This document shows, piece by piece, positions 26,201 through 39,549 of a stretch of 64,000 nucleotides of DNA; the stretch's first letter is position 1; every line of letters starts with the position of its first letter. The stretch is from contig CM041465.1 in NCBI GenBank assembly GCA_023213395.1, forward strand, positions 39,687,741 through 39,751,740. The letters are read 5' to 3'. The stretch comes from Cycas panzhihuaensis. Lineage: Eukaryota > Plantae > Cycadophyta. A model generated the notes under the pieces. That model worked only from the letters and a program-made list of their open reading frames with translations, did no database searches and had not been told where the DNA came from. Position numbers and translations under genes: made by a program.

Positions 26201-29200
26201 ATAAAAAATATATTAATGTACCATAACAAACTATACATTCCTTAATAAATTACTTTCAATTTTAAAAAAATATTTAATATAAAAAGTTTATAAAGTAAAA
26301 AGTTATCTAATTTAGTTAACTCCATTTTGGAGTTCGTCCACCTCGCAACTTAGCCCCCAGTCCCTTGGGCTCACCATATGACTTGTAGTTGATAGATGGA
26401 GCTAAAATTCAAAGTTTAAACATTGTTAAAAATGCTTTAATTTTTATTTTTAAATGTAAATTTTTTTATAAATTAAAAAAAAAAAAATTTGAGGACCATT
26501 ACTTTCTAAAGGCATATTATTGGATGATGTCAAGGCTCAAGACACATCATAGGCTACTATTGAGGTGAATCAAATTTAGTCTTCATAATTTATGGTGTGG
26601 GCGTAAGTTTTTATGGAGGTCATTCTAATATTTTTCTTCCTTTATGCATCTGGATCATTTTCATAACACTACCATATTCAAACTTCTAGCTCATCAAATA
26701 CACCTCATATTTGACTCTTGTACTAGCTCATGTACGACTCTATTATTGGCTCCATAGGCTTCTTCTCACTGCACAAGATCTTCCAACCATGGCTTTGATA
26801 CCATGTTAAACTTTATAATAGCAGGTTTGACTTATGAGATATATACAAGTAAATAAATTAACATATAAAGTAAAGTATCGAACATTCATTAAGTATTAAA
26901 GAGCATTTGCAAGCATTTGTTATAAGAGAGACATCAAGATTTATATGTGGAAAACCCAGTATGGGAAAAACATGGGAGAAGGTGGAGTTTAGACTCCTCT
27001 TATAATTATAATAATTACATCTTTAGGTTCTTTACTTTTTTCAAATTCTCAAGTGGTATATGTATATATTTATAATATAATTCACCTTATAAGTAGCCTA
27101 TGATGTATCCTAAGCTTTTACATCATTCAATAAAATGATTATATGGATATGTATACATCTCATATATCTCAATGTATATAAATGGTAGAATGTATATGTG
27201 TATATTAAATATATTAAATATTACATATATAATTATCATATATTTAGCATTCTTCTTTAATGTTTAATGTCTTTTAATCTTGACTTCAGGTCTTTAAGTC
27301 TTCATCCCTTAATTTGCAACCTGTATGCTAGATCTTGTAACATGTATCTTGTATGCTATGTCATTACTTGCAACCTTTAATCATCATGCTTATGTCTTAT
27401 AAGCATTAACCTATGTATAGTCATCTGTGTAACAACAATGACTATTTATGTATAATTGACCTATAATATAATCAATATTAACATCAACATATATGAAGTA
27501 TTTTCATGTACATCTTCATATCTTTATCTATATAGTTACTTTCAATTAATATTCTATCAATCATTTATTAAATCAATAAATAAATAAAGTTATGTTTTAG
27601 TCTATATAAAACAATAACCATCTACCAAAATGAATGGATAACTAGACTCTATAATTGTTAATTCTTTAGGTAATTGCTTTGGATAGATGGTTTATCATTC
27701 TTTCAAATTGTTTATACAAAAGTAGCTTCTTTCTTTCTTTTAGTTGGACTATTTCAACAATTAAATATTAGCTAGATGTCATATACAACTAATACTTGGT
27801 ATGCCACATGGAGATTTTTCTTTGGCTTATTAACAAGTGAATTTCTTACAATCTCCTTATCTCTCCATCATCAGTACTAGATAGTGTCAATCATCAAAAC
27901 AGGTTCAATCAACTAAGTGGTTTGCTTATTTAGTTAGTGTTTATCATCCACTAAACCAAATGTGTTGTTTCAAGGGGGATATTGCATGTCTAGCATATCA
28001 AGAATTTTTCATATCATAAATTAATCAAATATTTCTCACTTCATAATTTTTTACAATTGACTTTGAGTCTTTAAATATCATAAATGTGGCTTAATTAATT
28101 TATATTTAAATGAAACTTTCTTATTCTTTCATTGTCTTTCAAAAATAAGTTTGAAGCCTTTGAAAACATCAAAATATACTAATTTTTTTAAAAAAACAAT
28201 TATGGAATTAATCTTCTATGAGGTTTTGAGTACTTGTATAAACTTTACTTTTCATTTTCTTCATTATTTATTATCTGAAGTATGTCATGCAACCACTCAT
28301 TTTGACTATCTCGAAGTTGCTTTTTTAACACAACTGATGACACCTTATTTTGAGATATGAGTGATAAGTTATGATAAAAAATATGCCAATGTATCATGAA
28401 AAACTATGTGATCCTTAGGAAATTATTTTTGAATTTAAAAAACTATTTAAACTTCATGTAAAAATTTTTCAAAGTAAAAAATTATCTAGTATAGTTAGCT
28501 CTATTTTGGAGTTTACCCTCTTCACAAATTAGCCTTTAGATGCTTGGACTGTGCATATGACCTGTAGCTGATAGATGGGGCTAAAATTTGGATTTCAAAC
28601 ATTATAAAAAACACTTTAATTTTTATTTCCAAATATAAATTTTTTTACAAATCAATTTTTTTTTTTAAGAAAACAACAGCAAAAATAATATCAATAATGC
28701 ATCTTTTATTTGGTCCAATCTGTGTATATATTCACGATCTGTCTCTTCTGTGTCTAAATGAATTTTTCTTTTTTTTCTATTAGTTTATGATATATTCTCT
28801 ACATTTAATGTCTATGGACATGTTAATATATCTCATATGAGCTTGTTCCTTCCTTTTTGACTCCCATGATGGACAGTTTATGTAATAAATATTTTATTGG
28901 TTGAGTTTAGGGTTTGACTAGGGCATGTTTGCTATGTTAAATTTCATAGGTTATGGTGTGAGTGTAAGTTTTTATGGAGGTTGTTTTCATATTCATATTC
29001 CTTTATGTAGTTAAATCACTGGCATATTCAAATTTTTGGCTCATTAAATACACTTCATATTCGATTATTGTATTTGCTTATATATGATTCTATTACTAGC
29101 TCCATAGGTTTTTTCTCATTGCATAAAATTTTTTAATCATGGGTCTGATACTGCCATATTAAAATATTGTTGTGATATCATATTAAAATTTATAATCACA

Positions 29201-29630
29201 AAATTAACTCATGAGATATGTATACAAGTAAATGAATCAACATATAAAGTAAAGTATCAAACATTCATCAAGTATTGAAGAGCATTCATAAGCATTTACC
29301 ACAAGAGTGACACCAAGATTTATACATGAAAAATATAGTGTAGGATAAACCACAAGAGAGAGTGGAGTTTGGACTCTTCTTATGATCATAATGATTACAT
29401 CTTTAGGTCTTCAATCTTTCTCAAGTTCTCAAGTTATGTGTGTATATATTTATAGTATGTTTCACCTCATGAGCAGCCTATCATGTATCTTAAGCCTTTA
29501 CATCATTCAATAATATGATTATATAGATATGTGTACATCTCATATATCTTGATATATATGAATGGTGGGATGTATACATGTACATCATATACATTAAATA
29601 TTACATATGTGATTATCACGTATTTTAACA
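22482..29630 (-). mobile_element. Tandem array F of a non-autonomous LTR element: 4 LTRs and 3 internal domains, period ~2.2 kb
   Basis: LTRs at 22482-22951, 24680-25122, 26804-27249 and 29157-29630. PBS complements at ~24668, ~26792 and ~29142. PPT complements follow the first three LTRs. Decayed TSD CACTT/GACTC. Confidence 0.93.
23206..23237. repeat. (TA)n microsatellite in the first F unit only
   Basis: TA run of about 15 units, absent at the homologous sites near 25360 and 27500. Confidence 0.9.
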
Positions 29631-30479
29631 GACTCAACCTAGAAGGAAGATGTAAATAGAATATGGATGAAAGTGATTTGAGAGGACATAGTCTTTCCCA
29701 TGCTACCAAGTAATAATTTATAAAGAAAGAATAAGACATGCTAAGAGCATAGTGAATGTTGGGTAAGATAGAAGGTATAGGGATGTATACATAGTCCAAG
29801 ATTCTCCATCACACTAAGAAGATAGGTGAAGATGTGACCACTTACAGGATTGATAGTGGAAAAAGAACTGATTTTAGAAGATAAAGAGAAAGATAAAGAC
29901 TCTACAAAGTTAGAAGTAACAGAATCATAAACCTTAGTTCAAGAAGTAGGGATTCAAACAAAGGAAGATATAAAAGATTTAGAAAAAAATCAATAATGCA
30001 CATTAGAGTAGGCCCTTGTCAATGAAGGTAGTTCTCAATTAAAATCTTTAGATACAAAGGTGCCAGAAAATTCCAATATATCAAAAGGTGAGAGCATTTT
30101 CACAATTGTAGAGAATTATAGTACTTTCAATAAAGGGTGGGGTCATCCCCTTATAAAAGTACAAACCCACTTCACTTAGCACAAGAGTCCCTTGTATGAA
30201 AGAATGGGAGAGAGGTTTATTGGATCAATCTTGTTTGGAGCATTCATCCTAGAAGAACAAGGAATGAAAATAACCGATTACTAATTGGGAATGGTATGAA
30301 TATTATAAGAGGCAGTTTGTTACAAGGAATAACAACATATTCATTAATGAGAGGAGTTTAAAGTCAACCATCAATAAGCAGCATTGGAACTCATGGAAAC
30401 ATTGTATAAGGAGGAACAGGAAGGGACATTATGTCATCAATAGAAAGCTTAAATTTAATTATAGCAACTAGAGAACAAC

Positions 30480-32400
30480 CAATAACTTGTTATGCAATTA
30501 TACAAAATGATATTACTTTTGCAAATTTACAGTTTGATGGATTAGGAGATTTAGGAGATCATTTAACATTCTTTGTAAACATACTAAAAGTAAAAGAGAT
30601 ATAGGATATTGATGAAATAAAGGCAAGGTTATTTTCAATCCTAAGAGGAGTTGTATTATCATGGTCTGAGTGTGTTTCTGTACAAAATCCAACGTGGGAT
30701 AGTTGCAAGTTTATCTTTTAGATCAATTCCAGAAATCAAAAGATCCCATGGTAATTTTTCAAGAATTGGAGGAGATTTTTCAACTTAAAAGAGAATCAAT
30801 AAGTTATTTCGATGGACATATATGAATTATCATGAATACAATGAATTCAATAACCCTAATTAATCTTATGCTAGTTTTAAAGTATTTTGTTCAAGGGTTG
30901 ATGCATCAACTAAGGGAAAACCTTGCACCCCATGAATAGTTATGAAAAAGTATGGGAGCTAGCACTAAAGTTGGAGAATTAAATGAAGATGACATATCAA
31001 TAACTAGTCATGTAGATGGGGTCAAATTTTTAGTTTAGACATAACTTGTAGCAAGCATCTCAGATGGGAGTTAATTTGTAGCAACCAACATCAAATTTTC
31101 AATAAGGAGCAAATTTCTAAATGGGAATCAATCCTCAATAAGGACTACCATTGCTACAATTAGGATATAATTCCCAATATACTTCACAAATGGGTTTCAA
31201 CCTATAGTTGGAAGCCTTGAAATGAAAAGTGGATATTTTAAAACAACCACTAGTTATTTCAGTACTAGTTAGGTTGCAACAAAATTAAGAAATTGAATGA
31301 TTATAGATGGAACTATCTTGCCCATGCCTAGAAAAATCCAAGGAAAGTGTGTGATGTCCCCCACCATGTAATCATCAAGGCCATCTTTGGAATGAGCACT
31401 AAGAAGAAGTAATGGGGAAATGGTTATGAGAATTATTGAAGGAATAATCATAGGTGTAGCCAAATAATACAAATAGAAGACAAAGCACATTCGATATTAC
31501 TTGTGTTAGAGATAGGGGTACTATTGATCAGAATGTTCCATAGAAGAAAAAGGAGAATACATTTGTGAAGAATATGGGCCATTTAATTATGAGTGGACAA
31601 ATTATTTAAAGAATCTGAATGCTCAGGATTAAACATCTAACTTAGCAACAAAGGTCCCAAATAAAGAAATTACTTCCTATTTGCAAAATTAAAGTGGGTA
31701 GGTGGTAACAACTCTTATGGTGGGGAACTTTTCAGAACCTATAATAGAGTAGTAGAAACTCCAAGGGGTTATTAAAGTTCTACAAGAAGTAATGAATAAA
31801 GTGTAGTAGGAAGAAATGCACCAGGATCAATGCTTCAAAGGACATACATACAAGCAGAGAATGATATTTAAGAAGACTCAACAACAAGGAGAAAAAATAA
31901 ACCCATGGCAAAAATTATAATCAATTCAAGATTTGCTTATAAAATTAGGAGTGACCATTCCTATTATTGTAGTTTTTAAGTGATGGGAAGCTAACTACTT
32001 CCAATAGATCATTTTGGATCATATGAGAAGTCAATATTAAGAGCTTTGAAAAGTAATGTTATGGACCCACATGTTCCAATGGTGACTTTTTTGACAATCA
32101 TTTACAAAACAATTATAGATGGGGGTTCAAGAGTAAATATTTTACCAAAAACTTGTTGGATATCATTAGGAAGGTTGGATGTGGTTGCCCTAGATTACTC
32201 CACTAGGTTAGTAGACCAACTGTAGGTAAGACCAATGGGTACCCTGATGAACGTACCATTTATGGTGGCAGGAATAATTATATTATTAGACTTTGTTATG
32301 GTGTATATACAAAATTATAACAAGACCTATTCGTCTTTACTTTAGAGGCCGTGATTGCTAGCCACTAAGGCAATCAAGGATTGAGGATGATTTACATTTG
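30480..32400 (+). pseudogene. G gag and aspartic protease, decayed
   Basis: FDGLGDLGDHL.., LRGVVLSW, KYFVQGL; PR KTIIDGGSRVNILPKTCWISLGR at ~32106-32175. Confidence 0.85.
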
Positions 32401-32613
32401 CACTCTTACTAAAAAAACAAGTAGTTATCTTTGTGTTTGGACAATCCCAACATTGAGAGAATACAGAATAAAAAGGTGACCTCTTCCACCACATCGGAAA
32501 CTAGACCTACCATAAATCTTTATTAAAAAATGATGTATCAAGTTTAATCAACACTAAGAACAATTCCAAGTGAATCACCTTCATATTATATGATTAATTA
32601 GTTACAAAATACA

Positions 32614-34425
32614 TGTTGTGTATAATATCTAATTACATAATTATTCCATTCATACTCTCTTTAGGTTTACTTATATTATATATTTGATGTCTTCTTGATT
32701 TGTGTGTCATATAGAAATGTGTGCCACCCCACAATAAGTTGACTAATGAAAGTTTTCATATATTTGGTAAGTTGTATTATAAGTATGTACATTATCCTTC
32801 TTTCTAATTTGATGATTGGCCATTTTTTCATTTCATTATATTAACTTGTACATATTTTATTATTCTTGTACTTTATTTCTTTATCATTCACTCACCATTT
32901 TCATCCATTGTGTGCATAATAGATTTATTTTCTAATATGGTATCAAAGCTATATGATTTACATTCTAGTATGGTATCAGAGCCTACTGTTTGAATCCTTG
33001 AGGACAATATTCTAGAGCCTGTTTTTTTAATTTTTAGAGTCATTTGAAGTTGTTTAGGAACTTGATTTTGTGTCTGATTAGTAACTATAAGCTATCATTT
33101 TTCACTTTTTTTAGAGTCATCATGGCTTTTTCACCTATAACCCAAGCATACAAATTCCATTTTTAGCACCATCAGTTGTTTTGGATCTGTAATAGAGAGA
33201 GCTTCATTTTGGTAAGTCACTTGATTGTATTTGGAGTTGATGTAATGTAGATATTTTAACTCAAAGTTAAAAGATTTTTTTAAAGCTTCTTTTCTCTTCA
33301 TTTTTTTTTTAGCATTTTTGGGCACATATATATATTTTTAAAGGTTCCATATCATTTTTTGTATATTGTGTTGGCATAATATATTCTAAATAGGGGGATA
33401 ACATGTATAATTTATTATAAAGGCTTATTTTTTGCTCTAGAGAACCTATATTTGTTAAAAAAATCATTGAAATTTGTTATTTGATGGAGGTGTTTACATT
33501 ATATTTGAGTTACATTTACTTTTTTTAGTCATGTATTGACATTTATTGTTGGATATTTTATCCCATAGTGGCATGTTAAAACCTATATAGATATGTTATA
33601 AGCCCATAGTATCATGATGTAGCCTATAGAGGCATGATTTAGAGCCCATAGAGGTATAATTAGAGGCCATAATACCCTTATAAGGTCTTAGAACCCTTTG
33701 TTTCTAGCCATTAAAACCAAAGACGTTTTTTGTATTATTCCATATAAGCAGGAGACGAGACCTCTTTTTAGCTACTCTTGCTCATTTATTCATCAACTTA
33801 CCTATTGGTTATGTAGGACGATGTGTATTCTAGATGAAGTTGACTTGGAGTTAATTGTACCACATACATAAAGAAACGTTCTAGCTAATTGATAGTCACA
33901 ATGGTTGGTTATCCATGTGATCTAGTGCATGGAGTTCTTTTTATATGGATGTTAGTAATAGATTATATTATTGCAATAACTCATATTTCAATGCTTATTT
34001 AAAGATATTGATATTATACTTTTGATGTGACATTTCACTTTATATAATTATCTATTATAGGGAAAAATGTTAGGTGTAATACTAAATTATATAACTATCC
34101 CCATTTACACTCTCTCTAAGTTTATTTATATTTTATATTTGAGGTTTTCTTGAATTGTATGCCATATAAAAATATATGTCAGCCCACAATAAGTTGACCA
34201 ATGAGGGTTCTCATATATTTGGTTAGTTGTACTATAAATATGTACATCATCATTGTTTCTAATTTGAGGATTGACCATTCTTCTATTTCATTATGTTAAC
34301 TTATACATATTTCATTGTTCATGTATTTCATTTCTTTATTATTCACTCCTCATTTTCATACATTATGTGCATAGTATATTTACTTTCTAACATGGTATTA
34401 GAGTTGTATGATTTACATTCTAACA
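32614..34425 (+). mobile_element. Non-coding LTR element J (TRIM/LARD-like, 1.8 kb)
   Basis: LTRs 32614-32970 and 34068-34425. PBS TGGTATCAGAGC at 32971-32982. PPT AGGGAAAAA before 34068. TSD ATACA/ATACG. Confidence 0.92.
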
Positions 34426-35399
34426 ATACGTAGGAAGAAACTAAGCCAACAAGTTATTATCATCTAGAGTTACACTTAGCAGACTCATCATTAGAAGAAG
34501 AGGAGATGGTCCTTGTAGCCAAACAGGAAGAAGTAGAGGTCACCATGACCCAGTTATGTAAAGACCAAGTAAATGAGGATGAGGTAGAGGAAAAGAAGAC
34601 ATATTTAAAGTGCAACAATTGTAAAGCATGCAAGGTATAACCCAATACTATTTATTAAAGTTTTAGAGATTTTTTCACAATATTAAGGACAAATGAATAT
34701 TGTTAAAGACCATTTGAAAGAGTGTCTATAGATATTAAAAAAATATTAAATGGCATGCAAATTTGTAGGCATATTTATTTCCCCTATCCTTAATCAGACA
34801 AGCTTTTGCTTGGTATAATACACACTGTATGCAACTCCAATACTAGATTATGATGCAATGCAGGTTTCAAATTAGATTTCAAAAAGGAGACTTTGAACTT
34901 CTAAAATTTTGTAATGGGGATAACCCCAGGAAATATATTATGAATTGCTGAGAGGAAAATAAGATTCCATAATAGGTATGGACTTACTTGTGAGTTGTTA
35001 CCTTTGAAGACATTGGTCATAATTGGTACTAATAATATGAGAAATCATAGATAGTGGAATGAGGAGTGTTAATTAAAGAATTCTATTATACTTTTCCTTA
35101 CCATAGTATAAATATTAGAATGTAATCAATTTTATTAGAATTAAAGGAAAAAGGAGACAAATTTCATGATAGGATGCTTTCACATAGAGTTTGATGAAGA
35201 AATGGTTAAAGACCCAATTTAGATCTCTCTTTGACAAAGAGAGCTAGGAGAATTTTCAAGATTTTCCTCAAACATATTCTATAATGGAATATAGTGATAA
35301 AACAATAGATCAAACACCAACATATACATTGTAGGAGGATGGTAAAATAATCCAAGGAAAAGAATTAAAAGTGTAGAAAAATAATATTGGGATAGAAGA

Positions 35400-35746
35400 G
35401 CAACCCCAATATATTAGTATGGATGATTATTAGGATAAGGAGACTAGAAGCTAAGCAACAATCCTCTTTATCAAATATAAATATGTATTTATATGGTCCT
35501 ATAAGGACCTTAAAGGGATTCCACTAGAGTTGGGAGAGCATTGGATTGAGTTACTCAATGGGCCAAAGCCAGTCAGGTAGTGCCCATATAGAACGAACCC
35601 AAAATACAAAGAAAGGGTCAAAGTAAAGTTGGACAAGTTGCTTGAATTCGAGTACATCTTTAAAGTGGAGAATAATAAGTGGATAAGTTCAATTGTAGTA
35701 GTTACCAAAAGGAATAGGAAATTACAAGTTTATGTTGATTACAGAG
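35400..35746 (+). pseudogene. G reverse transcriptase, N-terminal part
   Basis: PYRTNPKYKERVKVKLDKLL..WISSIVVVTKRNRKLQVYVDYR, cut by H. Confidence 0.92.
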
Positions 35747-36119
35747 TGTGTGATGTGCTACCTATGTTTACAATTTTTTATTATTCTTGTAGATAGAAAA
35801 AGCATAGTGATTAAGAGATACATATTAATATGGGGATGCAAACCAAAACTCTTTATTTAAGAGGGTATTACATCTGGTCCTCTCACAACCAGATGTAACC
35901 TTGAATAGTATAATTAGGAGGCTATTATAGAAGTGTGGTACTAAGCTATTGCAATAATAAGGATATACAAAAATCTTATTCTATAAGAATACACATGTAT
36001 ACCATTCATTTGACCTTTACTTATATAAGAAAATACATTTAGTTATATCATCCACCAATTAGCTTCTTTGTTGACCTTTTACATCACATGCTAAATCATA
36101 ATCAAGTGTTTATTAGGTC

Positions 36120-36480
36120 ATTGGTCATACTTTAAGTTGTAATCATGGGTCAGATCACACTTTGAGTTGTACTTAGACTATAATCTATTAATTAGTCATA
36201 ACTTCAATCAAACTTATAGCTATGATTAGCATCCTAGTTGTACTTAGGGTTACACCTATACTACAATCAATATTTTGGTTGTAATTTAGGTTGCACCTGT
36301 ACTGTGATCAATACTTCAGTCATACTTTAGGTTGTACCTGAACTACAATCAAAACTTTGGTCATATTTTAGGTTGTACCTAAATTATGATTAGGGTTTGG
36401 ATCATATCATTGATCCCACCTTTAACTACAATCTAGTCATCGATTAGACCTCCAATTGGACCTTTAACTATGATCCAAGT
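36120..36480. repeat. 41-bp tandem repeat inside the H LTR (counterpart at ~57740-58020)
   Basis: RYACCT core at 36252, 36293, 36334 and 36375 (41-bp spacing). Confidence 0.85.
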
Positions 36481-37072
36481 GCTAATTATTCCTCTAATTA
36501 CACTTTTCCTCCTGAACTATACTCTTAAAACCCAAAATTCTTCCATGAATCTTCCATCCACGTATATCTCCCCCATCATAAAATTAACGAGTGTCCTTAC
36601 TCAAACAAAATTTTTAATTTTTTTCACCTTTCCCTCTTTGAAATTAGGCCTTATTTGAGTCTTGACTTTGTTGCCCTATGTTCTCATGTACCTCCTTTCT
36701 AGCTTCCTTCAATTTTGGCACTTCCCTCTTTAAATATAGAAGATCTGGGTATATAATTATAAGAGGTGGCATCTAGCCCTTGGAATTAATAAAGTCATAT
36801 AGAATCAATAAATCTTATAGCACATCCAACAATTTTATATTATGTGATTCACCTATCTACAGCTACACTATTTTTTTATAAAGCTCTTGGTTGATAGTCT
36901 ATATTGCCTATAATTCTAACTTTAAGTCTTAAATCTAGTTTCAGAGCTTGCTACATTACTTAAATTCTTCATCTCAATTAAGTATCCATGCTCTGAACTT
37001 ATAGATAACCTCTCACAAATCAACTGGGATCTCTAAGCTAGATTGCTTCTTAAACTTGTTTATTTAAGGGCT

Positions 37073-37478
37073 TGTTAGAATATAATGTTTAATGTATATG
37101 TGTTCTATGTAAAGTGTGTCTTAGAGTCAATAGAGTTATAGTCTTAAGTATTAGAGTCTAAGGGTCATACATTATAATAATGTTATGTGGGAAGTTAAAA
37201 GGTCATTGGTTAGTTAGTTGGTGAAGTGTCATTGGTTAGGTTAGAGGTATTTGTCCCACATGTATCTCATATCTTATATGTACTCCCACCTATGTTATAT
37301 AAATAGGTGGTTGAGGTAGAGTATGTAATCAAGTTATCATGGAGACTCCATGTTGAGTCTATGGTGCATTACTATTATGATGTAATCCTATTTATGCTGA
37401 GTTAATGCAGTTTGATCTTTGCTCATTGATATTGTTGATTATGTTGATGTTGAATGCTTCCCATGTTAAAATCTAACA
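37073..37478 (+). mobile_element. Solo LTR I (C/L family)
   Basis: TGTTAGAATATAAT..CTAACA, 406 bp, TSD GGGCT/TGGCT, similar to the C and L LTRs, no PBS or PPT. Confidence 0.9.
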
Positions 37479-37549
37479 TGGCTCACTTTTGAAACATCGT
37501 CCACCTAGTTGAGAATAAACTTCAAAATTTCCAACTTTTTCTTAGCTGA

Positions 37550-39000
37550 AATTACTTTATTTTGAGTAACTCATAGCTTGTCTTCCATCTAAATTATTCA
37601 CTATAGGTTTAGTGGTGGTCTCTTTAATCAACTCTCTAGTTCTATGACCAACTATCGAGTTACTTATCCCAGGAATAATGTTTTCCATTAGGAAACATCT
37701 TTTAGGTCACATAACATGGGATTAAGCCCTTCTTCTAGAATTTGATCACCTTGGTAATATTCAACCTTAGGTGGTTGTTGGTTAATTTGTTTAATAATTT
37801 ATTGCCTTCTCTTCTCCACTACAAGCTTCCTACATTGTTGTCAGTTATGCTTTGATTCAACATATTATAGCTCTATGGATTTTAGGGTTGGCTATGACTG
37901 ATGTTGGTTTTATCTTCCATAGTGGTCTGTAATTCTGCTTCCACCTTCCACTTTCCTAACCTAATTTGTTCTTTTCTCTTCTTCTTTTTTGTTTTTCTCT
38001 CCCTCTTTTTTTTTTCCACCTCTTCCTTCATTTGTCTGTGAGTCTTCACCTACAAGGTCATCTCTTCTTGTAGTTCTTCTTCTTCCTAGCTAACTATTGT
38101 TCTACTTGGGGATGGCTTGTGAATTACTTTTCATCAATATTATTGATGCCAGTTCTTAACTTATTTCTATATTTGACCCGACACCTGAGAATCATGCGAG
38201 TTGTCCCTCTTTAATAACTCAATCTATTTTGTCAGTTATGTCTATCCTTTGGTCAAAGCATGTAACTAAACATCCAACCATTGAGAAAATAAAAGGCCTG
38301 AGTAATGTTGGTCGAAAAAACATCATCAATTAACTTATGTTCTTCACGCTTTTTAGGTTTTTTTGGAATTATTTGGACACATAGTTAGCCCAATATAATT
38401 TTCTCCCTTAGTTATTTGAAGAAGTATGGAGCAAAGGTTTGTTGTTAAGAATGTGATTTTTTAGCTAGCAACTACCTAAGTGGAAAGAAAATATGCAATC
38501 CACCATCTTTATTTTGAACGAATCCTTGCAATATATATTCCAAAGCTGGAAACTTTTGCTTCAGCTGCCCCTATCTATTTAGCTGCTTGTTCATGTGGTA
38601 TTTGCTTGTCATGTAGAACCTCTTCACCTACATTCAACAATTTAGATATTTTAGCAATTATCTTTGTTGAGCAGTCCAAGATGGAATGTTAGAGTGTTAC
38701 TGGTATTAAAAATTTTAGTATGACTGGGAATGTATTGACTGTAATATATCATGAAAATCTTATTGTCATAAGGACCTTCTTGCATGAGTCTATTGATTCA
38801 CTTCAAATGTGACTATCATTGGATTTGCATAAGTTAATATTATTCTAAGGAATTTCATCATCATCTGTCATCTTGCTCAATTTGCATATTAGTGCTTGCT
38901 TTGAGTCATTCTTCCCTATTTGATTGAAAACAATGGTATTGTCTTTGATACAAATGGTAAGAAAAATTTCCCTCTAGATTTCTTAAGGAAAGAGACTCAT
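37550..39000 (-). pseudogene. Extra ORF downstream of pol in H (unknown function), decayed; boundaries approximate
   Basis: One frame broken mainly by C>T-type stops: ..RWWIAYFLST*VVAS*KITFLTTNLCSILLQITKGEKLYWANYVSK*FQKNLKSVKNIS*LMMFFRPTLL..; homologous to G 60820-61619. Confidence 0.75.
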
Positions 39001-39284
39001 CATTGCTCAATGTAGGACTAATTATCATTCTTTATTGTACATGGGGTGAGTTGTCACTTTGCTATTTTCAATTATTTAGTTTACCAATTTCCACCATCCA
39101 TCAATCACATTTTTCACTTGTGATAATCATGTATTGAGATATTAATACATGTTTCATAATCTAAATTGATTCTCAATTGGAATCATGTCCATCACCTCAA
39201 AATCATATCAGACGCTTATAATCATGATTGTTGATTACTACCTTGTCTACTCATCACACTTCTTAATTAATAATCTTACTTTAC

Positions 39285-39470
39285 AATCATAATCATTGGT
39301 TTCGATCTCTTTCTATAATCATGATCATTGATTGGAATCTCCTTCTGCAACCATGACCATTAGTTGCAATCTCATTCTATAATCATGATCATTGATTAGA
39401 ATCTCCTTTTGTAACTATGACCATTGGTTGCAATCTCATTCTATGATTATGAGCATTGATTGTAATTTGA
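39285..39470. repeat. 32-bp tandem repeat with alternating A/B units (64-bp higher order) between H IN and the extra ORF
   Basis: ATAATCATGATCATTGATTGGAATCTCCTTCT alternates with GCAACCATGACCATTAGTTGCAATCTCATTCT; about 6 units. Confidence 0.88.
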
Positions 39471-39549
39471 ATTGTGATTTATTTATTAATCATATTTTAT
39501 ATCTCCATTATGATTAAAGATCCTATTTGCTTGCTATGACTTTCTTCTT

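Noticed and set aside
23092-28360. Recurring short ORFs (23092/25255 and 23884/28151) as a small gene family
   Set aside because: They recur only because the F unit is repeated, lie antisense to the element and are not open in all units.
36244-36400. Telomere-like TTAGGG/TTTAGG motifs
   Set aside because: Isolated copies within the 41-bp LTR repeat, not a telomeric tract.
39285-39470. CRISPR-like array (also considered for the 41-bp repeats at 36120-36480)
   Set aside because: Units are contiguous with no unique spacers, there are no cas genes, and the context is a eukaryotic retrotransposon.
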